A stretch of DNA of 64,000 nucleotides from Carpediemonas membranifera BICM. Taxonomy: Eukaryota; Protista; Fornicata. Shown piece by piece: positions 13,146 to 26,700 of this stretch. The stretch's first letter is position 1. The number at the start of each line of letters is the position of its first letter. A program made the position numbers and the translations under genes. The notes below the pieces were generated by a model. It was not told the DNA's origin, searched no databases, and saw nothing but the letters and a program-made list of their open reading frames with translations. Where the stretch lies: positions 485,605-549,604 of the forward strand of contig JAHDYR010000015.1 in NCBI GenBank assembly GCA_019828565.1, written 5' to 3'.

Positions 13146-15402
13146 ATGGTTGCTCATATTGTGTTCGAGAGCCACATCGGTACAATATATGATGACCAGC
13201 CACGCTCAGTTGAGCGCATGAATTACCTTCTTGGCTGTACCTACTTCGCCATGGTCGGAATTGGCCTCAACTCCGCCAGAACAAGACCTCAGCGCGAGCA
13301 ATTCTGCCAGCTCGTCCGCGAGATGGAGGAGGCGGACCTGATCTCCCAGCGCATTCACGACGCAAGGTTCTTCCGCCCTCCAGCAGACTCCCGTCCCTTC
13401 CAACGTGCCGCAACCGCACACGGAAATCAACACCCTCCTCACCCTGTCTTCGTACGGGACGATTACCGCACCCACGCCATCCAGGAGCGTGCTGTGCAGG
13501 ACTACAACGACTCAGAGGAGCGCTCCGCCAACTTTTCTGAGATCATGGAGCTCACATCGATCCTGATGTACGTCCGCAATGGCTTCAACTCGACCCAAGA
13601 GCTCTTTAAGCTCATCAACAACATCTCCCGCCGGCTTGGAAAGCCGATCTCGAAGAACAAGACCGCGGAGGTGCTCATTAAGGACCTTGGCATTGACATG
13701 ACCAGAATATCTGGTGTCTCAGAGGCCCTCACTGAGGAGGAGCGCGCCTTCGTCAAGCATCTCGTGCCGTGCAGGTCGGTCTCAGGCAATACAACATGGC
13801 GGCGTACCATGTCCGGCACGCAGTCGCGACTTGAGCTCACGAACCGTTTGACTGTAGCCGACGGAGCCGAGCCGACTCCGTTTTTCGACCACGACCTCGT
13901 CGCCGACCACACTTGGGAGCGACCGACGCTCACCCTCCACTATGACAGCGAATCCGACGCTGTCCAGCACTACCAGTCCCTCAAAGGCAGTGTAGGTATC
14001 GCCCATCTGGGCAAGCGACTGAACAGCTCGACCTGGGACAAGGTGGAAACGGTGTGGTTCGATGGCGTGTACTATCTGCAGCAGGCAGTGCTTCACCCGG
14101 AGTGGCTCGAGTCTGACCAGACGAACTTCGAGCGTTGCTCTCGTGCCCTTCAGGACCCAGGCCATGTCGAGTTCCAACCACTAAAACTACTCCTGTGGCT
14201 CGACGCATGGAAGGGACATACCGCAACGTTCAAGATCCGCATCTACGACCCGTCAGGCTTCACGTTCCCTAACCGCATCACTCCCCCCTTCCGACTCGTT
14301 GAGTGTCTTGCCGGTGAGAAGGAGCTGACGGAGGAGGGAAACCTTCAACTCGTTGAGGAAGAAGTCGAGCGGATCTATCAAGCCCTCATACCGATCAGAG
14401 GAACTGACCAGGTCACCACCTTCGACCAAGTCATCGTCATGGGCGATCACGCGGCCATCAGGAAGCTGTCATCCGGCATCGAGGGTAATGGAGGGCACTA
14501 TCCCCAGCCCTTCAACAGCATCCGTCGAGACCACAAGGCGCTGCACCCCATTCCGGCGCACTCTCGGGTCACCTTGCATGATTTGCTCGAGCAGAAGGCA
14601 GCGTTCCACGCCGTGCAGGCCGACCCCGACCGTGTGCAGGACCCGAAAGAGGAGTATGGCAACTTCTCCGACAAGAGGGCCATCTTCGAGAACCGGCCAG
14701 AGCCCCGAGTCATCCACACGGAGCGAGTTGTCTTTTGTCCTCCGATCATGCACAACTCGCACCGCCTGCTCGAGCAAGTGGCACGGCTATGCGCCAGCTT
14801 CCCCGCTGATCGGAACGCAACTGCCGTAGACAAGCGCAAGCTCCAGCGCATGTCATCCAACCGCAGTATTGACCGCACTGTCGGGTGCAACGAGCAGTCT
14901 GCTGCCAGAGTTCGCATGGCGAACACCACGAACGAGGATTACGAGGCTCTTCCTGAGTCCGTCCAAGATATTGTGCGACTCATTGGCTATCTCCAGGCTC
15001 TTTACTACTCAACCGAGCCTGTCACCGACAGCAAAGTCGCATTCCACTTCTTGGCCGCGTCCATGTGCCACCTGTTCCACGTCATGCTCAGTCTGCAGGC
15101 ACACCAGACAAAGCTGGCGTTGCTCCCTCCTGGGCAAGCAGAGGAGAAGCCATGTGCCCAGACACTCTATGTCAACAGCAGGCTCACTGCCCAGCCTCTT
15201 CTTCACGATCATCTCCGCATTCCTCTTTTTTACCTCCTCGAGGAGTTCTTTGAGAGAGAGTTCATCAAGAACCAGGAGGTCCGAGCCGAGTTGCACAGGT
15301 CGGCCATGATCGAGAAGCTGTGTTTGACCGAGCAGACCACCCTCATCTGCACGTTCTTAACGGGTATTCGCTCGTTCGGTCGCCAGGACTACTCAGTCCC
15401 CC
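13146..15402 (+). CDS. Transib/Chapaev/RAG1-like DDE transposase, N-terminal ~750 aa (interrupted by an LTR element)
   Basis: Motif order LLLWLDAW (D1), VIVMGDHAAIRKL..G..G..YP (D2), PPIMH, LFYLLEEFFERE (E) matches the CMC/Transib pattern. The ORF lies inside TIRs. Confidence 0.7.
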
Positions 15403-15527
15403 TGTGGTTCGTTTGACGAACTATGTTTACAAGAGGAGAAGACTCGACACAATGGTGTCGAGGAGAAACTCCTTGACTAACTAATATCATATATAAATCT
15501 GTGTAATCTTGGGTGAGACCCATGACA
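15403..15527 (-). repeat. 125-bp 3' LTR of gypsy G2
   Basis: Identical to 32656-32780 and 44807-44931. TG..CA ends. Adjacent PPT GGAGGGGCAG (15528-15537, minus strand). Confidence 0.92.
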
Positions 15528-16090
15528 CTGCCCCTCCATGCCTCAATGAGGCATGACCCCAGACAGCGTGAGCTTTGACGGCTGGCTACTGCCAGTGGGG
15601 GTGAATGTTGGCTCTTGGGGGCCGGTCCTGGTGGGTGCCAACCACCGATCGAGCCCCTTTTTTGCGACCTTGGCGGGGACACAACAAGAAGCACAACGAC
15701 GTGCAAAATAGCACAGCTTACAATCGCGCGGTACCGCTGGGTTAGAAGGATCCTACCATAGGGGTTCTGCCCCTCCTCGGCTTTTCCTCGCCGAAAATCG
15801 AAATGTGACGTACCTTAAAATGCTTGGGTGCAGGTTATGGCCATCCAAGCACAACGATGGTGAAACACCGCCCCTTTCCAACTGTTTGCGCCATTAATCA
15901 GGTTGGTGCTGAAAATGGCATTTTCAGGCCTCAACGAGGCCTCTACGGCGAGATACGAGCCTTTTTCTTTGCAGCGTGAATTCACACCACGACTACGCTC
16001 AGATAGAGCTACTAAACGACTAAACAACATCAAGACAACAATAAAGAGATCATAACTCCATGTTTGAGCGGCTTTCCATTCGGGATTGGG

Positions 16091-16962
16091 ATGTTTCATT
16101 TTGCACCAATCTTGGTGCAAATGGTGACGGAACATTTGGGGGAATTGGCGCGGTTGCTGCAGCTAGTAGCTTCTGAGGAATCTGATGATCCTCGAATGCG
16201 TTCTCTGCAGCGCCGTTGTGCAACATTGGGCTCCGACATCCAAAATCTGCGATCGTCACGCGTAGCGCCGGGCAACAGGAGGCGCAAGAGGCTTGTGCGC
16301 CGTCCCGTGTGTCACTCAGAGCCCGCTTCGTCGGTAGACGAGAGCTCGAACGATGACAGCGAAGAAGACGAATCGCCGACTTCTTCGGACGATGCCCCGG
16401 GGAATGACAGCTCCCCAACGCTGCCAGACGGCCAGCCCGAAGCCAACCAGCCTGCTGACGTGACTACTACGGTTCGCCAGCTCTCCCACGCCTCAGGAAC
16501 GGACGTTTCGGACTTGAACCGGCTGGTCCATCGGCTGTTGGGCGAGCACGCCCATTCGATTGCTCTAACACTCACCCCGCTTATGAATTCTCTCCGTGAA
16601 CAGCGGTTCGAGCGTGAGTTCTCCCTCGAAGACGTCGAACGCCAACTTAAGGGTGTTTCTTGTGCGCGTCGCGTGTTGCTCGATCTTCAGGCCTTCATGA
16701 AACTTGCCCAGGCACTACCTGAACTGGACCTGCATCGCGCCGCCACTTGGCACCATGAGATGGACGCTATCCGACGCAAGCTCCCTGGTAGGGGTGACAA
16801 GTCCCTCTGCCACCTCCTGGCCTTAGCCGTCTTCCCGGGAGTCTATGGTTTGCTTCAAGAGGCTTGCTACCGGTCCTCTGATATACCGGAGATGGAGAAG
16901 CGATTCCGCTTGGTCATGCGGGTATTCAAAGTCCATCCACAGTGGGTACCGGTACTCATGAC
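16091..16962 (+). CDS. G2 antisense accessory ORF, N-terminal part (continues at 28303-28552)
   Basis: Open frame cut by LINE2 at WVPVLMT. It rejoins in frame to give ~373 aa. Confidence 0.75.
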
Positions 16963-17765
16963 AGTTAAAATGTCCGGTATGGAAAGTTGGAATCACCAAC
17001 CGGAACAAAGCCAAGCGCCGAGGAATGATAGCCATTGGCGATTCTTTCGAGGCTTATAGAGCTCAAAACAGAGCGGCGGTGACCTATAGCGCGGAATGCC
17101 ACATTTTGGTCAATTCAGCATCGTGAGTTCTCCTGCTCGGGGAATACCAGCAGGAACAGCATAACTCTTTACCACTTCTACCCATAGGGCGCACGAGGCC
17201 TCTCTCTAGCCTCCTCGATGAGATCGCCTGAGACCAAGTCAAACGGAAGCGAAACGGGCCGGTGGCAGAAAACTGGAAGATGCGAGCGCCGGAGGCACGA
17301 GCCGTCGCCCCTGAAACTACCCTGCCTGCCTTGTATAACCCGCTAGCGGACGGGCGCTGTGCTTGGGTTGGTTCTCTGTGCTCCCTAAAGTGCACCCTCT
17401 GGGGCAACGAAACCCGTATGGGCATGGAGCCCCCGGTGAGCGGTCTGATGGGATATTACCATCCAAAAGACCAAGGGAAGCTTACCGCCCGGACGTTCCT
17501 CAACCCACAGGGCAAAGAACGTCCAGAGGAGCCCCCAGCAACATGCCAAGGGCCCTCACCACTGCAACCAAGCCGAAACCAAGGTATGAACTCATGAATT
17601 TAGTAGGAATGACGCGCAACTGGAGGGAAACCCAAATGGCGCCCTGTGGCCGCGCTCCCCGCTGGGAGAAGGGGGAGAATGCCGGGGCCCAGCAACCCGA
17701 GTGGTAGGCAGATACCGCAAGGAACAGCAGCAACATGGTCTCAACCCCCATTCAACCCTGGGTGT

Positions 17766-18638
17766 TTACTGAGGAGTCCCGGCGCCCAGGAACTCCACTG
17801 AGGGGCTTCCGTCGGCAAGGAAATGGGAAACCGAAGGGACATACTGCCTAAGGGCCCGCTCAAGAGCGCCCCTGCTGCTGCGATACATAACCATCTGGGA
17901 CTGAGAAGTGCGCTGGAATGCCAAAATGGCCTGTAGGTTCTCGACAGGCTGATCCTCGTCGGTCCCCTCATGGAGCATGTCCACGAAGGCATAGGCACAC
18001 GAGTGCCAGTCCATGGCGATGCGATCCAAAGTGCTGAGAGCGTCGAGGGCTGACGCAAGTGGAGCCACAGGCTGACGAACGGTGCGAGCCCCAGCTGGGG
18101 AGGAAGCCAATGGCGTGACAAACGGGGCAGCGCCCTCGCCGTTGTGAGGACCGGGGGAAGCAGGGGACCGGGCCAGCTGGAGGCGGCGGGGGACGGCTTT
18201 CCCCTGGAAGGAGCGGAAGAGTCGGCGTTGAGGACTCCTGAGGCCCCATCCCACCAGGTTGGGAGCAGAGGCGCGGGCGCTGCGGGAGGAAGGCAATGCC
18301 AATGACCCGGGGGGCAGCTCCTCCACAGAGGACGATGTGGTGGAAGAATCCGACCCCCAGCCCTCTCTAGGGGTCTGGGGCTCCGCCGCGGCAATGCCTG
18401 GGCCTTGGAGGTGATCGGCATGAGGGCCAAGAGGGGAATCAGGTACCTTAGAAGGCTGAACCTTAGCTGCGGCAATGCCTGGGCCTTGGTGGTAGTCGCC
18501 AGGCGGGCTAATGGGTGTAACAGGAACCAAATGTGGTGAACTCATATTATGGCTACAAGGTTCGCAACCGACCCCGCATCTCAGGCAATAGGCCACACCT
18601 CCCCGCCCCTGCTCGGAAAGGCCAACGTGCAACGCCAC
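17766..18638 (-). CDS. Possible antisense ORF in the LINE2 5' region
   Basis: 290-aa ORF with a helical-looking C-terminal half and an internal QGPGIAAA repeat. No recognisable domain. Confidence 0.3.
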   Translation of the reverse strand: MALHVGLSEQGRGGVAYCLRCGVGCEPCSHNMSSPHLVPVTPISPPGDYHQGPGIAAAKVQPSKVPDSPLGPHADHLQGPGIAAAEPQTPREGWGSDSSTTSSSVEELPPGSLALPSSRSARASAPNLVGWGLRSPQRRLFRSFQGKAVPRRLQLARSPASPGPHNGEGAAPFVTPLASSPAGARTVRQPVAPLASALDALSTLDRIAMDWHSCAYAFVDMLHEGTDEDQPVENLQAILAFQRTSQSQMVMYRSSRGALERALRQYVPSVSHFLADGSPSVEFLGAGTPQ

Positions 18639-18673
18639 AAGGCTATGGTGTGATCAGGTGATGGAGCACTAAA

Positions 18674-21600
18674 ATGCACACTCCTCATCCGAGCCACCGG
18701 CCGGCAATGGACGCGTTTCCCAGGAACCCACAGGGCGGGTACGTTGCCCGAGCAGAAGATCTCCTCCCCGAGCATCCCATAGGGCCTCCTCTACGCAAGG
18801 AGCGCACGAGAACCGAGAAAATCGCCGACTTGATCCGGATGTACGGCGACCTAAAAGGGTATAGCAAGATAAAGGATCCCTTCCCCCAGGAGTGGATCAC
18901 CAGCTACAGTGGTGGCAGAATCCCAGCCGAGAAAGGGAAATAACGGCTACCCAAATGCTAGAAAATGACATCCTGCTATACCACTACGCCCTGATAACCG
19001 GAAGGCCATGGTGGGTAAGCCAGGCGGCCTGGAAAATCCACCGCGAGGACCAACAGCGCCGGCCACTGCCCCGATGCGGGCCGGCCTTCGTGATGTTCAC
19101 CTCCAAGGCCGATTACTCCCTGACCCCGGGTTTCCCAGCCTACGAGCGCCGGCAACGGCGCCTACAGGCGAGGCGGGCAGGGAGGGCTCCCTCCGGGGGA
19201 TTCATGCCGACTTTCCCCCTCCGACTTTTCGAGACCAATTTCGGCCACAAACACAAAGTTCCCCCAACAAGCCATGGGCCGGGGGAATGATGTAGACGAA
19301 GCTGGAACAGAGCTCACCAAGCTTGGAAAACGCTTAGCTACGACCGAAGAGTGGCAAAAAGTCCGAAGAGCAGCCGATTCCATCCTCGCCAAGTGCAACA
19401 ACACCACAGTGATCTTCTCGAGGGATAACGCCGCCAACTTCAAGGTATCAAGCCCGCCACCGGCTAGATCCTTGCTGTTCGAGCTAGTTGCCAGCACTCT
19501 CAAGGCCGCAGGTCACCAAAGCCTCACAGGGCCTGGGATCAGGACAAGGTTCGGCCAGCAGAGCGCCGCCTGGCTCCTCAAGGCAGGCGGCCAAGCCACA
19601 GCCGGCTCAGCGAAAGCGCCAGGTGCGGACAGAGCCCACAACAACGTCAACAACAAGTGGGCGGCCCTAGGTCGGGCCTGGGAGGATGCCCCCGTCCCCC
19701 TTAGCCCCAGACCCCCAGCAGGAGGCTTCCCCCCCCTTGACGGACAGGCCGTCAAGCCCTGGGAAGGTGGCATGTTCTCCGCGATAGCTGTCTACAGCAG
19801 GACCGATGGGGTGACCAGACCTGTGTTGGTTAGCAGGACACCCACGGATTCAGCCCTCAACATTGCCGGCGACGAGCTAGCGCGCAGTGAGGCCGAAGAC
19901 TTAGTGCTTCGCTGGACGGTTCCGGGCTTCAAAGAGCTGTGGGCCGCATGGGATACTACTACCCGGCCAATGCCGGCCCCTGAGTTCATCCACCCGGACC
20001 TCTGCGACGCTTCCACCCTCGTTAGCAGGATCGCAAACATCTGGATGGCGGACCAGGGTACCAAGCTGCTCGCCACCGAATCCACAGGGGACGGCCCGCC
20101 CAAGGGCAACGAGCAAACCGACAACCCACCCCACGAGGGCAACCCGGTCACCCCCCACCGAATAATGGCAGAGCAAGTGCAGGTGATAGCCTGCCCAACG
20201 GCGGCCCAAGGACGGACCCACCCACCAGGGGGCAACCTGGGCGTTGCCCCGCACAACGGCGGCGACCCGACCACTGGCCAACCCAACATGGGCGATCCAG
20301 TCGCCCCCTCGTTCATTGGGGGCGAAGCAGGTTGGAACCCAACTAGCGGGGGAACCCCGCCACCATGCCCAGCGGCGAAAGTGCGGGCTCGGAGACCGGG
20401 GGTACCCAAGATGGCCCCCGGCCCAACGCCGACGACTCGGCCAGAAGAGTCCCTGGCAGTGATAGTGACGTCAACCCGCCAAGGGGTAGAGAACTGTCAG
20501 CCAACAGCAGACTCCCCCCGTCCTGCCCGCTCACCAACCCGCAGGGCAAGAGGATGCTGATCGGATGCATTGACTTCGAAGCGTCCAAACCCGCATCCAA
20601 GGCGGGGGATGAGGCCGTCATATGCGAAGGGGCGGTCATAGTCTTTGACCCCGCCAACGGGAATATCGTCGCCAGTCTGCACGGGATGTTAGGCGAAGAT
20701 ATTCGGGTGGCCGACCTCGACCAGGCTCTGATGAGCTCAAGAATTCTCCACGGTTGCCCCCCAGCCACCTTCGTCGACATCACCACTGGGCAGGCCCCCC
20801 AGGGATTCGAAAGCACATTCCCAAACAGCACCACATGGTGCGCGGAAATGATCGATGCCCTCCGGCGTCTCGAAGGACACCATAACGCGTTCATCCACCT
20901 GACTGCCAAAGGGGTGGAAGCTGAACGAAGCGTCCTCACGAGCGCCAAATACGTACCGGATTCCACGGCCAGGGCATGGGTAGCCACCCACCTAATCGAT
21001 GAAGCCGGCCTAGATGCGGTGTACCCCCGTCTCAATAGCACCCTCACCCTCTTCTACCCCCCCTCCCAGGAGGACCGCCCGGTCCGAGAGACCCTCCCAC
21101 AGGAGGACCAGAAGGCAGCCGAGCAGGCCAAGGTCTGGACCCGCGACCAGCAAAGGAGAAGGGAACCCAAGGGGCTGTGCCCCTATCACAGAAAACGCAC
21201 CAGCCTACTGTCACTGTGCGCTTGCGGATGTATCGCTCTTCTACACAAGACTCTCCCTGGCCATCCACATGCTGTATAACCCGTGGACCTGGGCTGATGT
21301 GGGAGCGGAACTAATCGCACGAGGAGGGGGAAAGTGACGGGGGCACAAAGCCCCATCATTAGAGTAGGACACGGGGTCCCAGACCTGGCTGTAGAGATCA
21401 ACCGCCATAGAGGGCGAGAGGTCATCACACCCCTGGGGCAACTACAGCACGTGATCTTTACCACCAAGCCGCGTCCGAAGGAAATCCACATGGCCAACAC
21501 GACCGCGCAAGAGTTCAGCACAGGAAAAGGAATCCTAAGGGTCCTTGAAAGGAGGGGCGTAGCCGTTCTCAGCCCGGACTCCTGCCCAAGCACGAGACCC

Positions 21601-23012
21601 CTGGTCGTGGAGCTCCTATCCGAGTGGAACGGTAGGCGCCGCGTAGCAAGGGAGAAGGGCTACTGGCCAGACTTCTATGGCAACCGTACCACCCTGGACC
21701 CCAGGGTCATGGAGCAACTCCCGGTCAAACTCCACCCCGAGCTCCTGACCCTATCCCAGGCAGCCTCGCTGGTCCCGCTCCATAAGCATGACATGATGCA
21801 TGGGGGCTCAGCCCAGCAGCTGAGACACCGGCTCACCCACTGCCTGGTGAACATCGGCGATAGAGCACCAGCGGGCGTCCCGAAACTCATCGTAAGCGCG
21901 GAACTCCGGCGCCAAGATAGAGGGCCCAGGCATTATGTCAACTTCTTCCCCTCGGTTCTTCCCCTAGACTGGGGCATCCGCACAGTAGAACAAGGAGGGG
22001 AGCCTGGAAGACGCCGCCCGAGCGCCTTGGGCGAACCCCAATACGACGGCACCCTGGCCCTGGGATGCAGTCCCATGATGAGACTACCCCCCATCCGCCT
22101 GTGGGACTTCCCGTACACCCAGAACAACGACGGGCACAGGTCGCAGCGAGAGCAAAAAGAGGCTGTGACCGCGGCAAGGGCCGCGCTTAGAGCCTGCCTC
22201 GAAGAGCACCGGGAGAGGCTCACCAACGAGATTCACCAAGGCATGGAGTGGCCGGCCCTAGGGCTGCTTGAGGGCCCGCTCACCGAGAACCGACAGGTCC
22301 CCACCCCGAACCCATCTCAAAGGAAGGTGAACGCCACCCCCTCCCCCAGCAGGCTCCAAGGGGAAACAAACCCCACCCCCAACCCGCGCCAGGTAACCCC
22401 CGCCCACCCCACCCCAAGGGCAATCATCACCCCTAATGCGCACCAGGTAAGCCCTGCTTACCCCACTCCCAGAGGAATGAACCCCCCCACCCGGCCCCGG
22501 GACAGGCGATCCTCACGCCTCACAAAGAGGCCAACCCCCCGGCGATGCCTCTGAGCCAGGCTTTCGAGCACCGGCCCCCGCCGGGCGGCCCCGAAGGGAA
22601 GAGGCCCCCAAACCCAAGACTGGGCACGGTCGATCAGATGGGTGCCTACATCCAAGCCCTCTTCCAAGCGGAGGTGGAGCGAAGAGCTGAAGAAGAGCGG
22701 CAGCGGATCATGAGCCATTACGAAGAGGAAGTCTCCCGGCTGAACAACGAGGTTGCCCACCTCCAAGGCCAGCTGGCCAAGGAAAGGGAAGCCCTAGCAA
22801 GAGGAGCGAGCGAGCGCCAGCGCCTCCAGCGCATCGCCGAGAAATCGGAGGCCTTCAAAAGAGCCAGCCTCAGGCTCCGTGAAACAAACAGAGTCCTCGA
22901 GGCCAGGCTTGAGGGAGGCGCTTGCCGCCGCCAACGGAAGCGACGAGGAAGAAGAGCTCCTACGCATCGGAATGGAGCACGAGAGCGACGAACCAGATCA
23001 AGAGATGCATGA
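18674..23012 (+). pseudogene. LINE2 ORF1 region (frameshifted) with a DEDDh/Maelstrom-like domain and a C-terminal coiled coil
   Basis: RMLIGCIDFE..CEGAVIVFD..TAKGVEAE..CPYH..YCHCALADV (20553-21240) aligns with LINE1 ORF1. Pro-rich repeats at 22290-22500, coiled coil at 22640-22910. The start is uncertain. Confidence 0.7.
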
Positions 23013-23746
23013 GTAACGAGCCATACCAAAGCAGTGGAGGGAAGAGTGCAGAGTCTAAAGGGATGTGTATATATAGCACGTTAGTGTAGGACTAGGTGAA
23101 GTGAAGGCGCCGGAATAGGCGCAGCGTTGGAGCCCGCCAGAAGGGCTGTACTGGCGCCAATGCCCGGGTGACTTTTTCTTTTCTTAAAACCCCTGTTCCC
23201 CGCAGGGACCGGGGGGCGGGTAAGAGGCAGTTGGAACGCCATCGAGGACCCGCCTGTCCGGCAGGCTGGAACTCCAGCCTTGGGAGGGGCGCCGAAAGGA
23301 GTCGCTCCCCACCTATGCGTAGTTAGGTAACGATGCTGCCAATGTGCGAGGCCAGAAGCGCTATAGAGACTGGCACGAAAGTCCCGACAAGCACCGCGAG
23401 GGCGCGGCCAGTGAAAGGGGTGGTACACCCTAGGTCAGCTCCAAGAGGGAACCTGGGCCACGTCTGGGGACTCTGGAGGAAGCAGCCGTTCTGGCCAAGC
23501 ACCCCATGTGAATGGCGCATGCTTCTGGGTCCTGGAGAAATATCAAGGGCAAAAGAAGACGCCTACCCGGGCCGCCCACCAACAACCCACAGGGCGGGAA
23601 GCGGCCCACCCAACGTGCTAAACAACGACGACATAGGCGCTCACCCATTGGGAAGGCAACTATGCAGATGCTAAACCCCAACAACAAGATGAAAGTGTGC
23701 AGGTAGTGCAGAATAAGGAGTGCAGGTTAAGGCAGTAACAACCTGA

Positions 23747-26700
23747 ATGCGAATAGTCTCCCTTAACAGCCAAGGACACTTAACGGGCAATGAAGACTAC
23801 AGCGGATCTATAGCGGTAGCGCTTCGCAAGCACACGAGCCCGGACGCCCTCCTCTTGCAGGAAACATTCAGGTACGGTAACTCCGTAGTCCCCTGTTGGG
23901 CGGACCTACAATACGCATGTGCAGGGCACGCCAAACCCATCAAGGCTCGAAAGGGCAAGATTAACCTAGGCGTAGCCACGGTGATCAGCCCACATTCACA
24001 GGCAACCTGGGATGTAGGAGTATCTGACGGCACGAACCCCCGAGTTCAAGTTAGCATCCTCGAAACCTCAAGGGCTATCGCAGTCATCAACATATACGCC
24101 CCTCCAAGTGACCGCAGCGCAGCGGAGCTAGACCGCTTCGACCAACAGCTGGAAAACATCGTCAGAGAGTACCACGGCTTCGAGATAATCATCATGGGGG
24201 ACTGGAACCGTGACCCGCGGAGCCTGCGCCATGCCACCAGCGCCACACTACAGCGAAACAATCTAGACCTAGTTTTCCCTCGTCTCACACATACATGAGT
24301 GGGAATACCACCTCGACGCTGGATTATGCAGCTGTATCTGGGGGGGATCACGAGGGCCAAAGCTAGAGTCATTGACAAAGCTGAGATGGGGCATTGGGGC
24401 TCCCCCATAGGGCAGTGGAGCTAACCTGGGACGAACCGCATTGGAAGAAACAACCGGCCAAACCCAAGCTGGAAATCCCAGGAACAACCACCTGGAATGT
24501 CCTCCCAGAGCGCAACGGGGAAAGAGCAAGGGAATGGCCGCAACCCGATGTGGAGCTCCATGTAGATACAATCGAGTACCAAATACGGGAACTCTTATCG
24601 GTGGGATTTCAAACTTCCGCTAGGAACGTCAGACCAGGGAGATCGCAAAAAAGGATCCCGGAGAACGTATGGAAGCAACTCATCCTAGCCCGATGGAACA
24701 AAGCGGGGGCCGCGGAAATCAAGCGAACCCTGAACAACGAGCTCCAGAAGTCATGGAAAAGCTTCAAGGAGGAGTGGACGCAGCAGGTGGAAAACAGCGC
24801 AAGGGCAGGGTATAAGACCACCAAGAAGGTCATAGCAAACCAGGTCCACAGGTTCTGGAACGAGAAACAACACGCAGGGCTACCGGCGATGCTCAGAGGA
24901 AAGAGGTCGATCTTAACAAGGGAAAACGAGATAGCTAGGGAGCTGCAGAGGCAATACGCCCAAGTCAGTAGTGGCATAGCACCTAGTTGGGACCAGATCC
25001 CGGCGGCCCAAACAACTGATCAACCCCCACGGAGGAGGAGGTCACGGCCGCCATCAAGTCCCTGAAGAAATCATCGGCAGGAGGCCCGGATGGTATCACG
25101 GGCGAATGTCTGAGAGACCTCCCCCAGGCGGCCTACAGGGCAATCACATGCCTCTTCCAGAAAGTATACGAGTCTGGGGGAACTACCCACCACGTGGAAG
25201 TACGCCTCCATCTCCCCGATACACAAAGTAGGGAAAGATAAGCTACTGCCAGGATCCTACCGACCCATCTCACTCACCCCCCTCCTCTACCGAGCATATG
25301 GGAAGGTACTCAAATGGAGGCTCAAACCAACAGTTGAGAGGCACACCCCCAGAGAGCAGATCGGCTTCATGAAGGGAAAGACAGTCATAGACCACATCGC
25401 CCTCCTAACCCAACTGCACCAAGAAGGAGACCGGACCAGCGTGCTGCTCGACATTGCAAAGGCGTACGACACGGTTCCCAGGGACATCCTAGTCAGCAAG
25501 CTGATCAATATGGGTGTACACCCCCACCTAGTCAGAGCAGTACAAAGCACAATGGAGAGGACCTACATTGCGGTAAGGGGATCCGACCTATGGTCCGAAA
25601 CGAATCTAGGAGTCAAGCAAGGTTGCGTGGTCGCCCCCACCCTATTCATACTATTTACGGCCAACTGGATTAGCCAGGCGTCACTCAGAATACAGTACGG
25701 CGAGATACCAGACCCGAAGCTTCCCCCACCCACCACAGACCCGGGAATGGCATCATAGCAATGTTCGTAGACGATACGAGCATCTCGGCAAAGAAAGAAA
25801 AATGATGCGGAGTCCCTCACCGCCGCAATGGTGGAAGTGATAGTGGCACACAAGCTGTGTATCAGCCCAGGAAAGAACATCGTCATAAGTACCAATCCAA
25901 ATGCGGAAGTGCGAATTCAAGGGGAGGCCACCCGAGCAGCGGAGTCAGGCCGATACTTGGGACTCTGGATAGCAAGTGGCCCTCATCCGCTCAGCGCATG
26001 CATCGCAAAAGAAAAGAGAACAGTCGAACAAGTACATCGCCCTCGCCCGGAGAGTGGGATGGACTAAAGGCTCCACGCCCGCGGCTGTCTCCGAGTCCAT
26101 CCTCCGCACCTTCCTATGGCCAAAGATCGAATTCGGAATCGAAATTTGGGGCCAAGTCCCAGGAGGCAGAAGGCTTTGGAACGACTGGCGAGGACTCATG
26201 GCGGGAACCGGACCCGGTGGAGGGGTGTCGCCCGCCTGATGATGGGATGGATGTGCTGGGAAGCGGACATGGGTGTAAGAGCGGTTAGAATCCGCGAATC
26301 GGCCCGGGACCCTGACCGCCCATCGCCCCTAGCGGACTTCGACTGGGGAAGAGCGAACCCCAAGTCCGTTATCGGAAAGCTGAACAAGTGGGCAGACAAC
26401 GTACTAGATCTGGCCCCTAGCGACCTTCACGGACCCAGACCCAGAGCAATAGCCGGGGGATGGAAGATGACAGCACGAGACATCGCCACCAAAGGTAGCC
26501 GAACAGCCAAGGCGGCCGCCGAAGTGCTAGCTGCGGAGGCAATGCAAACAATGGCAGGCGGGAGAGCACCCAAGAAACCAAAGATTATCAGAGGGGAGAT
26601 GATGCTCAGGAGGGAGCTGAAGAGGGTAGTTGCAACAGCCTCCAACACGCTCCCCTCCGCTAGCAACAGCCACACAACTCGAGGAGCCGCGCTCATCATA

